Origin: an uncultured Gemmatimonadaceae bacterium
GTDB lineage: Bacteria; Gemmatimonadota; Gemmatimonadetes; Gemmatimonadales; Gemmatimonadaceae
Assembly: GCA_963761305.1 (NCBI GenBank)
Contig: CAVXGK010000001.1
Coordinates: 96,001 to 160,000 of the forward strand
DNA length: 64,000 nucleotides
Direction: 5' to 3'
The notes beneath the pieces are model-generated. The model did not search any database. It was not told the DNA's origin and worked only from the letters and a program-made list of their open reading frames with translations. Position 1 is the stretch's first letter, and each line of letters begins with the position of its first letter. Positions 1 to 9,493 of the stretch are shown piece after piece. The position numbers and the translations under genes are program-made.

Positions 1-644
1 CGATCGATCCGCGCAATCTCGACCACGGTGTGCTCCAGCGCGCCGACCTGTTCGTCTTGCGCATGATCCAGGATTCGTGGCCGAATCGTCCGATCTACTT
101 CGCGCGAACGTCTGGCAGCTACGCGAAGCAGCTCGGGCTCGGCGACAACGTGATCACACAGGGACTCGCCGCCAAGCTGTTCCTCCCACCCACCGGCCAC
201 GGCGCGCCAGGTGACTCGCTGTATCTCCAGGGCGACGGCTGGCTCGACGTCGCGACGAGCGACTCACTCTGGCAGCACACCTTCGTCGGCCCGAAGTCGG
301 TGCTCAACACAGGCGACTGGATCGATCGTCCGTCGGTCGGCATTCCGTACCTCTACGTCGCCACGGGCATCGAGCTCGCCGAGGCGCTCAAGACGCAGGG
401 CAAGACGGCCCAGGCAAACAGCACCTTCAACACAGCGAAGCAGGTCGCGACGGCGGTGCGGCTGGACGATCTACTCCGCGGCGCCGAGCAAGAGTTCAAT
501 CAGATGACCGACACGGCGGCAGCGGCGCCGCTGCCCGGCGCGATCCCCCGCGGCAAGGCAGACATCACGGACACCCTTGTCGGCGAATCCACAACGAAAC
601 GGGGCAAAGCGCCGGCGAAAAAGCCGCCCGCGAAGAAGCCTTAG
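1..644 (+). CDS. C-terminal part of a membrane protein, possibly DUF2723/TMEM260-like glycosyltransferase family (5' truncated by window edge)
   Basis: Open frame running to TAG at 644; 'RPIYFART...QGLAAKL' resembles DUF2723 C-termini; low-complexity Lys/Pro tail. Confidence 0.45.
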   Translation, partial: IDPRNLDHGVLQRADLFVLRMIQDSWPNRPIYFARTSGSYAKQLGLGDNVITQGLAAKLFLPPTGHGAPGDSLYLQGDGWLDVATSDSLWQHTFVGPKSVLNTGDWIDRPSVGIPYLYVATGIELAEALKTQGKTAQANSTFNTAKQVATAVRLDDLLRGAEQEFNQMTDTAAAAPLPGAIPRGKADITDTLVGESTTKRGKAPAKKPPAKKP

Positions 645-648
645 GCTC

Positions 649-1785
649 CTAGTCGCGTCGCGGAGGACGCAACACTTCTCGGCGTGTCGTGATCAGCGAG
701 ATGCGATTCGCATCCACGGCGACGCCGAGCCCGGGCGATTCGACGGGCACGTGCACCAACCCGTTGGCGGCCATCGTCCACTCGGGTGAGACGATGTCGG
801 TGGCCCAGTAGCGCGAGCTCGGGCTCAGGTCCCCGGGAAGCACGAAGTTGGGCAGCGAGGCGAGCGCCACGTTGTACGCGCGTCCGATGCCGCTCTCGAG
901 CATCCCGCCGCACCACACGGGAATTCCCGCTTCGGCGCAGACGTCGTGAATCGCCTTCGACGCCGCGAGGCCGCCGACGCGCCCCGGCTTGATGTTGACG
1001 ATGCGACCGCTGCGCAGCGCGATCATGTCGCGGGCGCGTTTGACGCCGGTGATCGACTCGTCGAGACAGAGCGGCGTTTGCAGGCGGCGTTGGAGCGCGG
1101 CGAGATCGAGCAGCTCGTCGGCGCCGAGCGGCTGCTCGAGCATCAGCAGGTTGAACTCGTCGAGCCGCGCGAGATGGGCCGCGTCGTCGATCGTGTACGC
1201 GGCGTTCGCGTCGGCCATGAGCTCGATGTCGGGACCGACGGCCCGTCGCACGGCCCGGACGAAATCGACGTCGCGCCCCGGCTCGATCTTGAGCTTGACC
1301 TTCTGATAGCCCGACGCGACGGCCGCCACCGCGCGCTCGACGAGCGCGGCCGGCGTTTCCTGGAGGCCGAGCGAGATGCCGGTCGGCACGTCGGTCTGCG
1401 TTCCGCCGAGGAGGGCGGAGAGCGACTGCTTTCGCATGACCGCCTCGAGCCCCCAGCAGCCCATCTCGATCGCCGCCTTGGCCATGTTGTGCCCGCGTAC
1501 GTTGGCGCCGAGCACGAACTGCGCGTGCGACGCGTCGACGAGCGGGCGGCCGAGCACGCGCGGGGCGAGCCACTGGCTGATCGCCAGCCAGGCGGTGTCG
1601 ATCGTTTCAGCGCTGTAATTCGGAAACGCCGACGCCACGCACTCCGACCACACGCGCGCGCCGCTCTCGTCCACCATCTCGAGCAGCAGGATGCGCCGCG
1701 TGAACTCGACACCCGATGAGATGCGAAACGGTTCCTTGAGCGCGAGATGGATCTCGCGCATCGTGATTCGCTCGATGCAGATCAT
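649..1785 (-). CDS. menC: o-succinylbenzoate synthase / N-acylamino acid racemase (enolase superfamily)
   Basis: KVKLK, DANAAY, EQP, LDESI, NIKPGRVGG, WCGGMLESGIGRA motifs. Confidence 0.9.
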   Translation of the reverse strand: MICIERITMREIHLALKEPFRISSGVEFTRRILLLEMVDESGARVWSECVASAFPNYSAETIDTAWLAISQWLAPRVLGRPLVDASHAQFVLGANVRGHNMAKAAIEMGCWGLEAVMRKQSLSALLGGTQTDVPTGISLGLQETPAALVERAVAAVASGYQKVKLKIEPGRDVDFVRAVRRAVGPDIELMADANAAYTIDDAAHLARLDEFNLLMLEQPLGADELLDLAALQRRLQTPLCLDESITGVKRARDMIALRSGRIVNIKPGRVGGLAASKAIHDVCAEAGIPVWCGGMLESGIGRAYNVALASLPNFVLPGDLSPSSRYWATDIVSPEWTMAANGLVHVPVESPGLGVAVDANRISLITTRREVLRPPRRD

Positions 1786-1794
1786 CGCCTGAGT

Positions 1795-2838
1795 CTAGCG
1801 CCCGCTCGCCGCGTGAACGAGCGGGGAGAATCCGACACCGTCCGACCAGTTGCCGATCGGCGCCAGGGCCACGATCGTGCCGCGCGCGAGGTCGATCGTC
1901 GCGAGGCGGTTGCGCCCCTGGAGCGTGACGAAGGCCCAGCGGCTGTCGCGCGAGATGGTGACGCCTTCGGGCGACGGCGACCCAGCGACTTCGGCGGTCG
2001 AGACGAGGCTGTCCGCCGGCACCGCGATGTCGAAGCGCTGGCGACGCGTGGCCGCGTCGAACACGCGTACGCGCGCCTTGACCGGATCGGTGACGACCGC
2101 CGTGCGTCCGTCCGGCGACACGGCCATACGGTACGGCAGCCCGAACCCGCGCAGCGTGTCGACCGCCATGCCGGCGCGCAGATCGACGACGACAACGACG
2201 CTGTCGCGATTGCTCCCCGCCCACGCGAACGCGCCGTCGGGCGAGATCGCCACGCCTTCGGGCTGCGCCGCCACGCGAATCACTCGGCCGCTGTCTTTCG
2301 CCAAAGGATCGAGGACGGTGATGGTGCCGTCGGCGATGTTTCCCATCACGAGCCGGTCGCCGCGAGCGGAGAGGCCGAGCATGTGCGTGCCGCGCCCAGA
2401 GCTGGGTCGCGTCGTGATCACGGTGCCGCTCCGCACGTCGACCAGCAACACGGCGCGACTGACTTCAGACGTGACGGCGAGCAGCGTGTCGCCGGGAAGA
2501 AACACCATGCCGTGCGGACGCTGGTAGTCGTGCAGGTCGACCGTGTGGATCGTGTCGAGCTTCTGGATGTCGATGAGCGTGAGCGTGTGCCCCGGTTTCC
2601 CTCTCACGCCGTAGTTGCTGACGGCGGCTCGATACCCGCTGTGCGAGACGGCGACCTCGTGCGGCCCTTCACCGGTCGGGAGCGTGGCGAGCGTGCGTCC
2701 GCTCTCGGCGTCGAGGATCATGGCCGTGTTGTCGTTCATGTTGCTCACGACGACGGTGCCGCGCGGGCGCTCTTGCCCGCGGGCTGACGACACGGCAACT
2801 GCTGCTCCGATCGCGATGTGGAACGCGCGACGCATCAT
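1795..2838 (-). CDS. Secreted YVTN/YncE-family beta-propeller protein
   Basis: Signal-peptide-like N-terminus; repeated P[HE]G[VM]AxSPDG blades. Confidence 0.8.
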   Translation of the reverse strand: MMRRAFHIAIGAAVAVSSARGQERPRGTVVVSNMNDNTAMILDAESGRTLATLPTGEGPHEVAVSHSGYRAAVSNYGVRGKPGHTLTLIDIQKLDTIHTVDLHDYQRPHGMVFLPGDTLLAVTSEVSRAVLLVDVRSGTVITTRPSSGRGTHMLGLSARGDRLVMGNIADGTITVLDPLAKDSGRVIRVAAQPEGVAISPDGAFAWAGSNRDSVVVVVDLRAGMAVDTLRGFGLPYRMAVSPDGRTAVVTDPVKARVRVFDAATRRQRFDIAVPADSLVSTAEVAGSPSPEGVTISRDSRWAFVTLQGRNRLATIDLARGTIVALAPIGNWSDGVGFSPLVHAASGR

Positions 2839-2945
2839 CGTTTGGGTCTCCCGGATTGGATGACGCAAGATGATACGGCGGCGTGTACCGCTCGGTCCAC
2901 CTGGCGCTTACGCGGCGCCCGAGGCCTTACGATCTTTGAACATTG

Positions 2946-3028
2946 GGAGGGCTGGCAGAATGGCTAATGCACCGGTCTTGAAAACCGGCGTCCGCAAGGA
3001 CTTGGGGGTTCGAATCCCTCGCCCTCCG
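2946..3028 (+). tRNA. tRNA-Ser (anticodon TGA), CCA not encoded
   Basis: Acceptor GGAGGGC/GCCCTCC, anticodon arm CCGGT-cttgaaa-ACCGG, long variable arm GTCCGCAAGGAC, T-loop GTTCGAATC. Confidence 0.97.
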
Positions 3029-3566
3029 TTGGAGTTACGAGATCGCGAAAGCGATCGAGGTGGTGTTTGGGAAGGTTTTGGGAAGGTTTCTAGGCACGGA
3101 ACGAAATGACTGACGACGCGGAAGACGGTGGCACGTCGCGCCTAGCATGGATCTCACGCTACCAGGAAAAGGCGCTCGACCGAGCAGCGCTTGTCGCGGC
3201 CCTATCGAGCGCCCGGATGGAACCGCCCGTTAGCAATACTACGCTGACCTTTGACCTCAATGACCTGCCGAGCTCGGATGCGTTATACGCTGAGCCCCGA
3301 CAATAGTCCGGGAAGCTCCGCCTAGCGTCACGCGTCATGCGCTCGGCGGCCGTCGCTTGGAGCGGCTTCGCGAAGTGCAGCTCATTCTCGAGCATCTTCA
3401 TTTGTGGCGGGAACTCGTGGTAGGCAACCCGGCCGAACGCGTAGACGAAGATCGCCCCCTCGCGATTCACCGGGACGAACGCTCGAGCCTCGGCGCGCCA
3501 GTCGCCAATCGGGACGGGCTCGCTTGCGCCGCTCAACGACCACGTAGTCGTAGGCGTCGCAAGGCG

Positions 3567-4238
3567 CTACGTGGCCTCGTTGTGCCGGGTCAAGAGGTCG
3601 AAACCAATCGCGCGCTTCGGGTTGTCAAGATTCCCGACGCGAATCGTGCCGGCGAACCTCGTGTAGCGCTGTTCAGTGCCCGTGAAGACGTCGCGGTATG
3701 TGGTCTCACCCCACGCATGCACGAAAAGCGTTCCGTTGCGGACTCGTTCCAGGTCCGCGCGCTTCACGGCAATTGGCTTCGTCCATAACGTTTGTCGCGA
3801 CCCCATGACGGCTTTGCTCTCCACTTCGCCCTCCACGGAGAACCCGAAGTCTTTGGGCAGTTCCGTTTCAGCGAATCTCCACTTGGCTCGAATGTCCACG
3901 TCTCGAGCGGGAGTGAGTCCGTCGTTTCGGAACTCTGGCACGAGATTCCAGCCGATCACCTTTTCGTCGACGACGGTTGGGCTGATTTCGAGGCGTCGGA
4001 ACGTGACATACGCGCGCAACTGGCGCTGAGCGGTGTCCTTAGCCAGATCCACGCTCGCCTGCGTCGCGGTCGCTGCCAGCGTGGCCGCGTCCGCAGCCGC
4101 CTTCGCATCGGTCAAGCTCGTGCGCATGTAGACGAGCTGCCAGACAAATAGAGCAGCCTGCAGAATCGCGACCACCAGCATGCCGATTGCGACTCCATTT
4201 GCCATGCCGTCGCTCGGCGGGGCCTGGATCGTGAGCAT
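3567..4238 (-). CDS. Hypothetical protein with N-terminal TM helix and Ala-rich linker (island cargo)
   Basis: 223-aa ORF; hydrophobic segment followed by 'AKAAADAA...QRQLRAYV'. Confidence 0.7.
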   Translation of the reverse strand: MLTIQAPPSDGMANGVAIGMLVVAILQAALFVWQLVYMRTSLTDAKAAADAATLAATATQASVDLAKDTAQRQLRAYVTFRRLEISPTVVDEKVIGWNLVPEFRNDGLTPARDVDIRAKWRFAETELPKDFGFSVEGEVESKAVMGSRQTLWTKPIAVKRADLERVRNGTLFVHAWGETTYRDVFTGTEQRYTRFAGTIRVGNLDNPKRAIGFDLLTRHNEAT

Positions 4239-4379
4239 TCAGATCTGGGAAGGTTTCTGGGAAGGTTTGGCGCAAACACTCGCAAACGGCAGCAACAGGC
4301 GCAAATTGCTTTCTAGTCGGCTCGTTGTACTGCAACGACTCACGAACGCATGAGAGTTCACGCAAGAGCCATCCGGGAA

Positions 4380-4429
4380 CTTGAAAACCGGCGTCCGCAA
4401 GGACTTGGGGGTCGAATCCCTCGCCCTCC
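4380..4429 (+). repeat. attR-like duplicate of the tRNA-Ser(TGA) 3' half
   Basis: cttgaaaaccggcgtccgcaaggacttgggggt-cgaatccctcgccctcc; similarity continues into downstream ttggagtt. Confidence 0.92.
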
Positions 4430-4484
4430 TTTGGAGTTGCGACCTTAGCGTTATTTGAAGGCCCGAGCCCTCGCCCCGGGGGCT

Positions 4485-5222
4485 TCAGTTGTGCCGCGTG
4501 ACAATCAGGTCGGTGACGTAGAATTCGGCCGCCCACGGATACCCTACCCACAGACGGACCGCGGCGAACTGGCTCGCGAGGTTCGGGCGCTTGATCATGT
4601 AGTCATAGGTCCCCTGCGAGACGCCCTTACCCAAGAGGGTCACGTGCGCGACCGCGGAGCCGGCCGTGACCTGCATCGACACCGACAATGTGAAAAGCGA
4701 GCCGTGCGAATAGTGACAGCAAGTCACCGAGGGGTCATCGTCGAAACGGACACTGCCGTCCGGCATGAAGTCCAGGTGCAGAAAGCTCTGGGCGACGGGG
4801 CCTTGTGGGCTGGCGTCGAACTCCACCGAGGAGAGGCCGGTGATGCCCTCTGGGATGAGCATCGTGCCGAGGAAGCCGTAGTTGCCGGTGGGAAAGGTCT
4901 GGGCAAGCGTGGCTTGTGCGATCGCGGACGGAATGGAGTTGTTCTTCGCCAAGATTATGAAGCGGCGGACTCGCAGCCAGTTCTCGCCCGAGCCCAGCAC
5001 CAGTGGGTCGGTGACCTCGATCGCGCCCGAGTCGCCCGCAATCACCTGCATGGTGCCCACGAGCTGCGCCGCCTTCGGTGGCGTCTCCGTCCGCTGGGAG
5101 TTGAACGAGGATTGGAACAGAGTCGTCGAGGTGCAGGCGCCGAGCGCGGGCAGCGCAGCGGCGAGCATCACGCGGGACGCGGCGCGGAGAACACCGATGT
5201 GCAAGAACGCGGGCGAGGTCAT
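4485..5222 (-). CDS. Hypothetical beta-rich lipoprotein
   Basis: 245-aa ORF with lipobox-like LGAC after a hydrophobic stretch; GGAG upstream of the ATG. Confidence 0.7.
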   Translation of the reverse strand: MTSPAFLHIGVLRAASRVMLAAALPALGACTSTTLFQSSFNSQRTETPPKAAQLVGTMQVIAGDSGAIEVTDPLVLGSGENWLRVRRFIILAKNNSIPSAIAQATLAQTFPTGNYGFLGTMLIPEGITGLSSVEFDASPQGPVAQSFLHLDFMPDGSVRFDDDPSVTCCHYSHGSLFTLSVSMQVTAGSAVAHVTLLGKGVSQGTYDYMIKRPNLASQFAAVRLWVGYPWAAEFYVTDLIVTRHN

Positions 5223-5757
5223 GCCAACTCCTGTCGAGGACGGATCTACGAATGCGAATTATGAATACATCGGACGTCGTTGTTGAGTAGTACGCCGTCG
5301 CGTGCCGCGGCGCCGGGTGCTGGTCAGGACTCGAGCCGATCCGGAGGCCCGGTGAGGACGGACGGAGTCGATGTCGGCCCGTCTGAACGCGGCTTGCCCC
5401 TTGGATCTCGCGCCTTGGGGTCGGTCATAGCGACCTAAGCCTCGGCCGGAGGGCACTCCTTGTCGTGCCGAGCGGGCTCGCACCCGTCTCGAGCTCGCGA
5501 CCGGTCGTCTCGAGTTCGCGGCCCGTCGTCTCGAGCTCGCGCAGCGTCGTCCCGAGCGGGCCGCTGGCCGTCTGGGGTCGCAGTCGGTGGTCGCGTGGCA
5601 TCTCGATGCCGTCGCCGGCGACATGAGCGCCAGCCAGAGCAATCTTCACGCGTTCCGAACGCGACGTGGCCCGTTCTGCGGCGACCACGATCTCGTCCGC
5701 CGTGAGGTGATGGCCGGACGGCGCCGAGTGATGTCGCGGCGCGGGTGAGGTGCATCC

Positions 5758-6135
5758 CCGATGTGGCGAGCCACAACTCCGATGTGGCGAGCCACAACTC
5801 CGATGTGGCGAGCCACAACTCCCATGTGGCGAGCCACAACTCCCATGTGGCGAGCCACAACTCCCATGTGGCGAGCCACAACTCCGATGTGGCGAGCCAC
5901 AACTCCCATGTGCCGAGCCACAACTCCCATGTGCCGAGGTGCAACTCCGAAGTGCCGAGGTGCAACTCCGAAGTGCCGAGGTGCGACTTCGAAGTGCCGA
6001 GGTACAACTCCGAAGTGCCGAGGTACAACTCCGAAGTGCCGAGGTACAACTCCGAAGTGCCGAGGTACAACTCCGAAGTGCCGAGGCGCAACTCCGAAGT
6101 GCCGAGGTGAAGGTCCGATGTGCCGAGGTGAAGCT
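5758..6135. repeat. 21-bp tandem repeat, 18 units, drifting from CCGATGTGGCGAGCCACAACT to CCGAAGTGCCGAGGTACAACT
   Basis: Counted directly; no spacers; all six frames are open across it. Confidence 0.97.
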
Positions 6136-6245
6136 CTTTGCTGTGGCCACCCGCGATTGGCTGCGGCCCCGACGCTCGAGGCGGCGGTCGGATCTCGTTG
6201 TCTCGCGCCCCTACTTAGTAATCGCCACGGGCAGCGATTTGATAC

Positions 6246-6271
6246 CAATCGTCCTCATTAGAGGACGATTG
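6246..6271. promoter_or_regulatory. Perfect 11-bp inverted repeat (operator or hairpin)
   Basis: CAATCGTCCTC-atta-GAGGACGATTG in an AT-richer intergenic region. Confidence 0.4.
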
Positions 6272-6527
6272 CTTGCATGAATTACCCGGCGAATGACGCG
6301 CGTAGGATGTCTCGCCGACGGCGATGCGCGATCTCTCGCGCTGTAGCGTTTTGTTGCGGTATCAAATCGGGATCCGTGGCGATTTATATGTAGGGGCCCG
6401 CGTCATCTGAACTCCGCTGCCCGGTGCCGCCCCTGCGGGTCCTCACCGCGGCGATGCGGAGGCTTCGTCGGAGCGGACTGCGCCTGGTTCAGCGCCGTTG
6501 AGCGTTGTCGGGTGTCGGTCGGGACAG

Positions 6528-8957
6528 CTACTCGGAGCGCAGTGCGGCGATTGGGTCTGCGCGTGTTGCTCGCATCGCCGGAACGAGCGCCGCAACGAAT
6601 ACCGCCGAAGCCAGCGCGAGCGCCAGCGCCGCGAAGAACGGAGCGTCGTACAGATCGTTCATTCCCGTCATGAACATCGCCAGCCACGGCGTAGATCGCC
6701 GCGTGAGCAGCAGACCAGCGGCCGTCCCGATCAAGACGAGAAGCAGTCCTTCTCGCAGCACATCCCGCAGCACATCTCGCGTCGTCGCGCCGAGGGAGAT
6801 CCGCACGGCGAATTCTCGCCGGCGCTCGTTGACCGAATAGGCGACGATGCCGAAGACGCCCATCATCGCGAGGCCGACACCAAGCACCGCGAACAAGCTG
6901 AAGATCGAGGCAACGAAGCGTTCGCTCGACCGGTGCAGCGACAGGCCGTAGTGATCGTCGGCTGACTCGACTCGCGACGACAGGATGCCGGGCGTCGCCC
7001 AAAGCGCGTGCCGAACGTCGACGGCGGTCTGGCTCGTGGAACCCCGCGTGCGCACGTAGACGAGCAGCGAGTATCCGTCCTTTGAATGCGGCGCGAGATC
7101 CGAGGGCGTGAACGTGCGATACGCTGTCCCCAGGTGATAGCCCAAGGCCGGGTCGGCAATGCGCATCGTAGCCGTGTCGCGCGCGTCGCCGACCACGCCG
7201 ACTACGCGCGCCCAGGGCTCGCTCGATCTGAAGTCGCCAAACTTGATGCGGCGTCCAATCGGATCACCGCTCGGCCACAGGAACCAGGTTGTCGGCTCAT
7301 CCACGACCACCTGTCCTTCGAGGCCGCCGTCGCTGGGTTCTCGCCCGCGCGTGAGGAAACGGCCCAAGGTTCGAAAGTACGAAGCGCTCACGACGTCGGG
7401 ACTCCACATCGCTGCCGGGACCTCGCGGTAGAGGCGATCGTTACCCTCAGCAGTCACGGCCTTCCCGGCTGGCGCGATCGAAAACCGAACGGCGACGTCC
7501 GAAACACCGCGCACGGTGCGAAGTCGAGACTCGATGGAGTTTGCGACGGAGTCCAACCGAACGGTTCCGACGGTCACCGCGCTCATCCGCGCATTGGCGA
7601 CGACGATGGGCCCCGGGTCGAAGCCGACGTAGTGATGGATCACATAGCTCGTGCTTTCGAGCCGCCAAGCGGAGCGCGCTATCAACCCGGCCCCGCTCAG
7701 CAGCGGCAACCCGAGCGCGATCTGGATCGCGATGAGCCCCGCGTAGATGCGCCGATGCTTTCTATGGCTCCCTGTTCCAGCGCGATGGCTGAGGAGCCGG
7801 TTCGGGTCGACACGCGAGATGCGCCACGCCGGCAGCAGTCCGGCAACGAGGAGCGCGATCACCGCCGCGCCGACAGCGGCTGGAACCATCCGCCAATTCG
7901 TCCGCGGCGCAACGATGTACTCGGCGACCTGCGGCGGAATGAACGCGCGCAATGCGTCGGCGGCCCACAGCGCGAGGATCAAGCCGACCACGAGGCCTGC
8001 CGCGGCGAGGATGCAGTTCTCCCACATCAGCATCGCCGCGAGCTGACGTCGCGTGGCGCCCAGCGCGGAGCGGACAGCCAGGTCGGAACGTCCCAGTCCG
8101 CGCGCCAACTGAAGGTTGGCGAGATTGCCGCACGCAACGAGCAGGATCGCGAGCGCTGAAGCGACCAGCGCCCAGTGCAACGGTCCTGCGTGAAACGGTC
8201 GAACGGTGGGTTTCCCGAGAACGATGGCGACGGTCGAAGGGTCTACGCCGATGCTTGCCGCGAGCCGGGCTGCGATCACGGTGAGCTCCGGGGCGGCGGA
8301 CTTCGAATCGACACCCTGCCGCAACCGAATGAGCGTTGGCGGAACCGCCGATCGAACGTCTGTCGGAAGAATCCAGACGTCGTGATCGAGAGGTCCGAAC
8401 CCCACGTCGCGCCGGACGACGCCGACGAGCGTCCGCGGGTGACCGTCGATGTCGACCGAGGCGCCGATCACCGGCTCACCATCCGGGAACAACTCGGCGG
8501 CGAGTCGGTCGCTGATCACCGCGAGTGGCTCACCATCGTCAGTTGGCGCGAAGACACGGCCCTTGATCGCGTGCGCACCGAGAACGGAGAAGAAGTCGGC
8601 CCTCGTCGCGACGCCGCTGGCGTCGCGCGCGCGGCCTCGATGCTCGACGGTTACGTGATCGCCAAGTGGCAAGTAGCCCGTCGCCCCTTCATAGCCGTGC
8701 AACCCGTCGCGAAACGCCGCGTCGAGAATGGCCGTGGTCAAGCGCCGGTGCGTGTCGCCGTAGATGCGGATGCCACGCAGTTGCTCGGCGTTGTGCACGG
8801 CGATGGCAGGGTTCACCAGCGCGTCGAGCAGCGAGTACACCGTCGTATTGAGCGCGGTCGCGACGCCGAGCGACAACACGGCGACGATCGAGAATCCGGG
8901 GCTGCGGGTCAGCGCGCGAACGGCGCGGCGGGCCTCGGCGATGTGACGGGTGATCAA
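6528..8957 (-). CDS. ADOP-type duplicated MacB/FtsX ABC permease
   Basis: 'RSPGFSIVAVLSLG', 'LLVACGNLANLQLAR', 'AYSVNERRREFAVRISLGA', 'ATRADPIAALRSE'; probable TTG start after AAGAGGG. Confidence 0.9.
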   Translation of the reverse strand: MITRHIAEARRAVRALTRSPGFSIVAVLSLGVATALNTTVYSLLDALVNPAIAVHNAEQLRGIRIYGDTHRRLTTAILDAAFRDGLHGYEGATGYLPLGDHVTVEHRGRARDASGVATRADFFSVLGAHAIKGRVFAPTDDGEPLAVISDRLAAELFPDGEPVIGASVDIDGHPRTLVGVVRRDVGFGPLDHDVWILPTDVRSAVPPTLIRLRQGVDSKSAAPELTVIAARLAASIGVDPSTVAIVLGKPTVRPFHAGPLHWALVASALAILLVACGNLANLQLARGLGRSDLAVRSALGATRRQLAAMLMWENCILAAAGLVVGLILALWAADALRAFIPPQVAEYIVAPRTNWRMVPAAVGAAVIALLVAGLLPAWRISRVDPNRLLSHRAGTGSHRKHRRIYAGLIAIQIALGLPLLSGAGLIARSAWRLESTSYVIHHYVGFDPGPIVVANARMSAVTVGTVRLDSVANSIESRLRTVRGVSDVAVRFSIAPAGKAVTAEGNDRLYREVPAAMWSPDVVSASYFRTLGRFLTRGREPSDGGLEGQVVVDEPTTWFLWPSGDPIGRRIKFGDFRSSEPWARVVGVVGDARDTATMRIADPALGYHLGTAYRTFTPSDLAPHSKDGYSLLVYVRTRGSTSQTAVDVRHALWATPGILSSRVESADDHYGLSLHRSSERFVASIFSLFAVLGVGLAMMGVFGIVAYSVNERRREFAVRISLGATTRDVLRDVLREGLLLVLIGTAAGLLLTRRSTPWLAMFMTGMNDLYDAPFFAALALALASAVFVAALVPAMRATRADPIAALRSE

Positions 8958-9153
8958 GCCGCCCTCTTGGCGTTGGTGGTTACCAAGAAAGACGACCTGT
9001 TTCGCCAGATGCATCGACAAGGGGCGCGGGATGATGAACGCGGACGCCAGGAGCCGTTCTCGGCTTGACTCGCCGCCAGAATCGCCGTAGCGTGGTTCCG
9101 TCGGAATTGGGGCCGATGACGGCGATTAAGAGTCTCCTATTCCTGAGGCGAAC

Positions 9154-9492
9154 ATGAGTGACTTCCTCGCGGTGCTCAATCGGGCCCAGAGCGACTACGA
9201 CTTCTACGTGCGGGTCCAGGCGGATCCGGAAGCCGCGCTCGCCGGGTACGAGCTAGAGGAGGACGAACGAACCGCGTTGCGCGATCCGAACGTCCTCGGC
9301 CATGCGCTGGAACACGCGCTTCCCTGGAGGATCACGATCTCCGGAACGCACGACTGGGTGAACCGGACGTCCAAGAAAAGGAACATGGACCGTGCGGAGC
9401 TGATCGAGCCCGCAGCCGCGCTCGTCCGCAGCGCCGAGAATGCAAACGAACGTCGGGAGTCGGCCCTTCGACTGATTCAACTGTTCGGGTGA
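9154..9492 (+). CDS. Putative split-borosin precursor (SonA-like helical leader, internal core, helical C-terminal extension)
   Basis: 'DFYVRVQADPEAALAGYELEEDERTAL' fits the borosin-binding/LigA-like leader pattern; GAGG RBS; stop 1 nt before the methyltransferase start. Confidence 0.75.
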   Translation: MSDFLAVLNRAQSDYDFYVRVQADPEAALAGYELEEDERTALRDPNVLGHALEHALPWRITISGTHDWVNRTSKKRNMDRAELIEPAAALVRSAENANERRESALRLIQLFG

Positions 9493-9493
9493 C

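Larger units (their letters stand above)
2977..4429. mobile_element. ~1.4 kb mini-island integrated at tRNA-Ser(TGA), no integrase
   Basis: Direct repeat of the tRNA 3' half (2977-3027 vs 4380-4429, one base missing in the copy); paired TGGGAAGGTTT boxes inside both ends. Confidence 0.8.

Noticed and set aside
2870..3109. 79-aa ORF
   Set aside because: It overlaps tRNA-Ser(TGA) entirely; spurious.
3106..3536. Two small overlapping ORFs in the mini-island (possible integrase remnant or toxin-antitoxin pair)
   Set aside because: No recognisable motifs or tyrosine-recombinase residues; I cannot decide which, if either, is real.
4380..4429. Second functional tRNA-Ser gene
   Set aside because: It lacks the 5' acceptor strand and D-arm and has a T-loop deletion; it is an att duplicate.
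5758..6135. CRISPR array
   Set aside because: Units are contiguous 21-mers with no unique spacers, and there are no cas genes in the window.
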